The notes below the pieces were generated by a model, which saw only the letters and a program-made list of their open reading frames with translations, was not told the origin of the DNA and ran no database searches. The position numbers and the translations under genes were made by a program. Below are positions 63,016 through 64,000 of a stretch of DNA of 64,000 nt, one piece after another. Numbering within the stretch: position 1 is the first letter of the stretch; every line of letters begins with the position of its first letter. Origin of the DNA: Rhina ancylostomus (lineage: Eukaryota); assembly GCA_030265395.1 (NCBI GenBank), contig JARFYF010000104.1, forward strand, positions 21,947,275 to 22,011,274. The letters are read 5' to 3'.

Positions 63016-64000
63016 CAACAGGGAATTCCACTTTCTAATTGCTCCCTGTTTATCTGTTACATTTATTGATAACCTTTTGTATATTATGGCTCCCAGTTTA
63101 GGATTCTCCCCAAATGAAAAACTTCCCCCACATCAGATCATTAAAGATAAAAAAAGCCCTGAGGAAATTGTAGGACCCAGATTTACAAATGATAATTAAG
63201 TTCCTGCCTGAGCCAGGCAGGTACCTCAACTGTCTAACTAAAGACCCGGTTAAGTAATGATGGGTGGAAATCAAACAAGATTGAAATCTTAGCACAACTC
63301 TTTGAACCCCTTGTTCCAGGTGGGCTGGATTTAAATCACTCACTAGGATTCAGATATCAGCAATAAAATTGCACAGTGCTGGAAATAAATAGAGAGGTTT
63401 ACAGTTCTCTCTGTAACTGCTTCTTAATCAAGCAGATCCCAATATCTTTGTGCTCAGCAGACTTAACACATGAACTGATCTTTCCTTGTACTCTAAAGAT
63501 CCTGGTGCAGAATTAAATCTGTTCTGCCCCACAATGGTCATTTTGAGCATTGTTCACATGCTGGCAATAATGTGGCTAAAGTCATTAGAAACTTTGTTAA
63601 TTCTTGTAAACTGATTAAATCCCACATTTTAATACTGCCCATCTATCTAGGAGAGAACAGGGTGATGGTTAAGTGTTGCTTGGGTTTTTCCTACTGAGTT
63701 CTCAAATTATTTACGGGGATGGGACTATCTGCCACAGACGGCCCTGGGCTTCATTAATTAATGTTATTCAGACTGAAGCATGATTTTTATTTGGATTGAT
63801 GCAACATGCAAAGAGCAGCAAAGCTGAGTTATTTCTTCACATCTTCTTCTAATTCAACAATTAGTTCACCCAGTCCCTCACCTTTCATAACAATCCTCTC
63901 CCCTCCATCACGCCCTGCAGCATAGAGTTAAAAGGACACATTGCAGCACTTCTCTTCCTTCTGTATTTTCAAACATTCAAGCTATTCTCATCTCATATGC

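Noticed and set aside
1-64000. Prokaryotic systems (operons, CRISPR arrays, defence islands)
   Set aside because: The sequence is a spliced vertebrate gene with LINE/SINE-filled introns. There are no regularly spaced repeat-spacer arrays and no dense ORFs.

Overview
Vertebrate genomic DNA, AT-rich and CpG-depleted, with many scaffold N-gaps. The repeat content (HE1-type V-SINEs, Deu-domain SINEs, abundant CR1 and Penelope relics) points to a cartilaginous fish, probably a ray or skate (inference). The whole window lies inside one + strand gene, dimethylglycine dehydrogenase (DMGDH). Eleven consecutive coding exons, equivalent to human exons 3-13, have GT-AG boundaries and consistent phases and add up to about 638 codons once two gap artefacts in exons 10 and 13 are corrected. 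The first two and last exons lie outside the window. The introns hold CR1, L2, RTE and Penelope retroelement fragments, SINEs and a decayed PIF/Harbinger transposase. The most interesting hidden structure is a recurring 36-nt minimal type I hammerhead ribozyme motif in Penelope pseudo-LTR copies, with stem I variants that keep pairing. Related short fold-back elements are built from inverted pseudo-LTR ends, and one appears to have inserted with a 5-bp target-site duplication. Repeat boundaries are approximate, and family names come from motif recognition rather than database searches.
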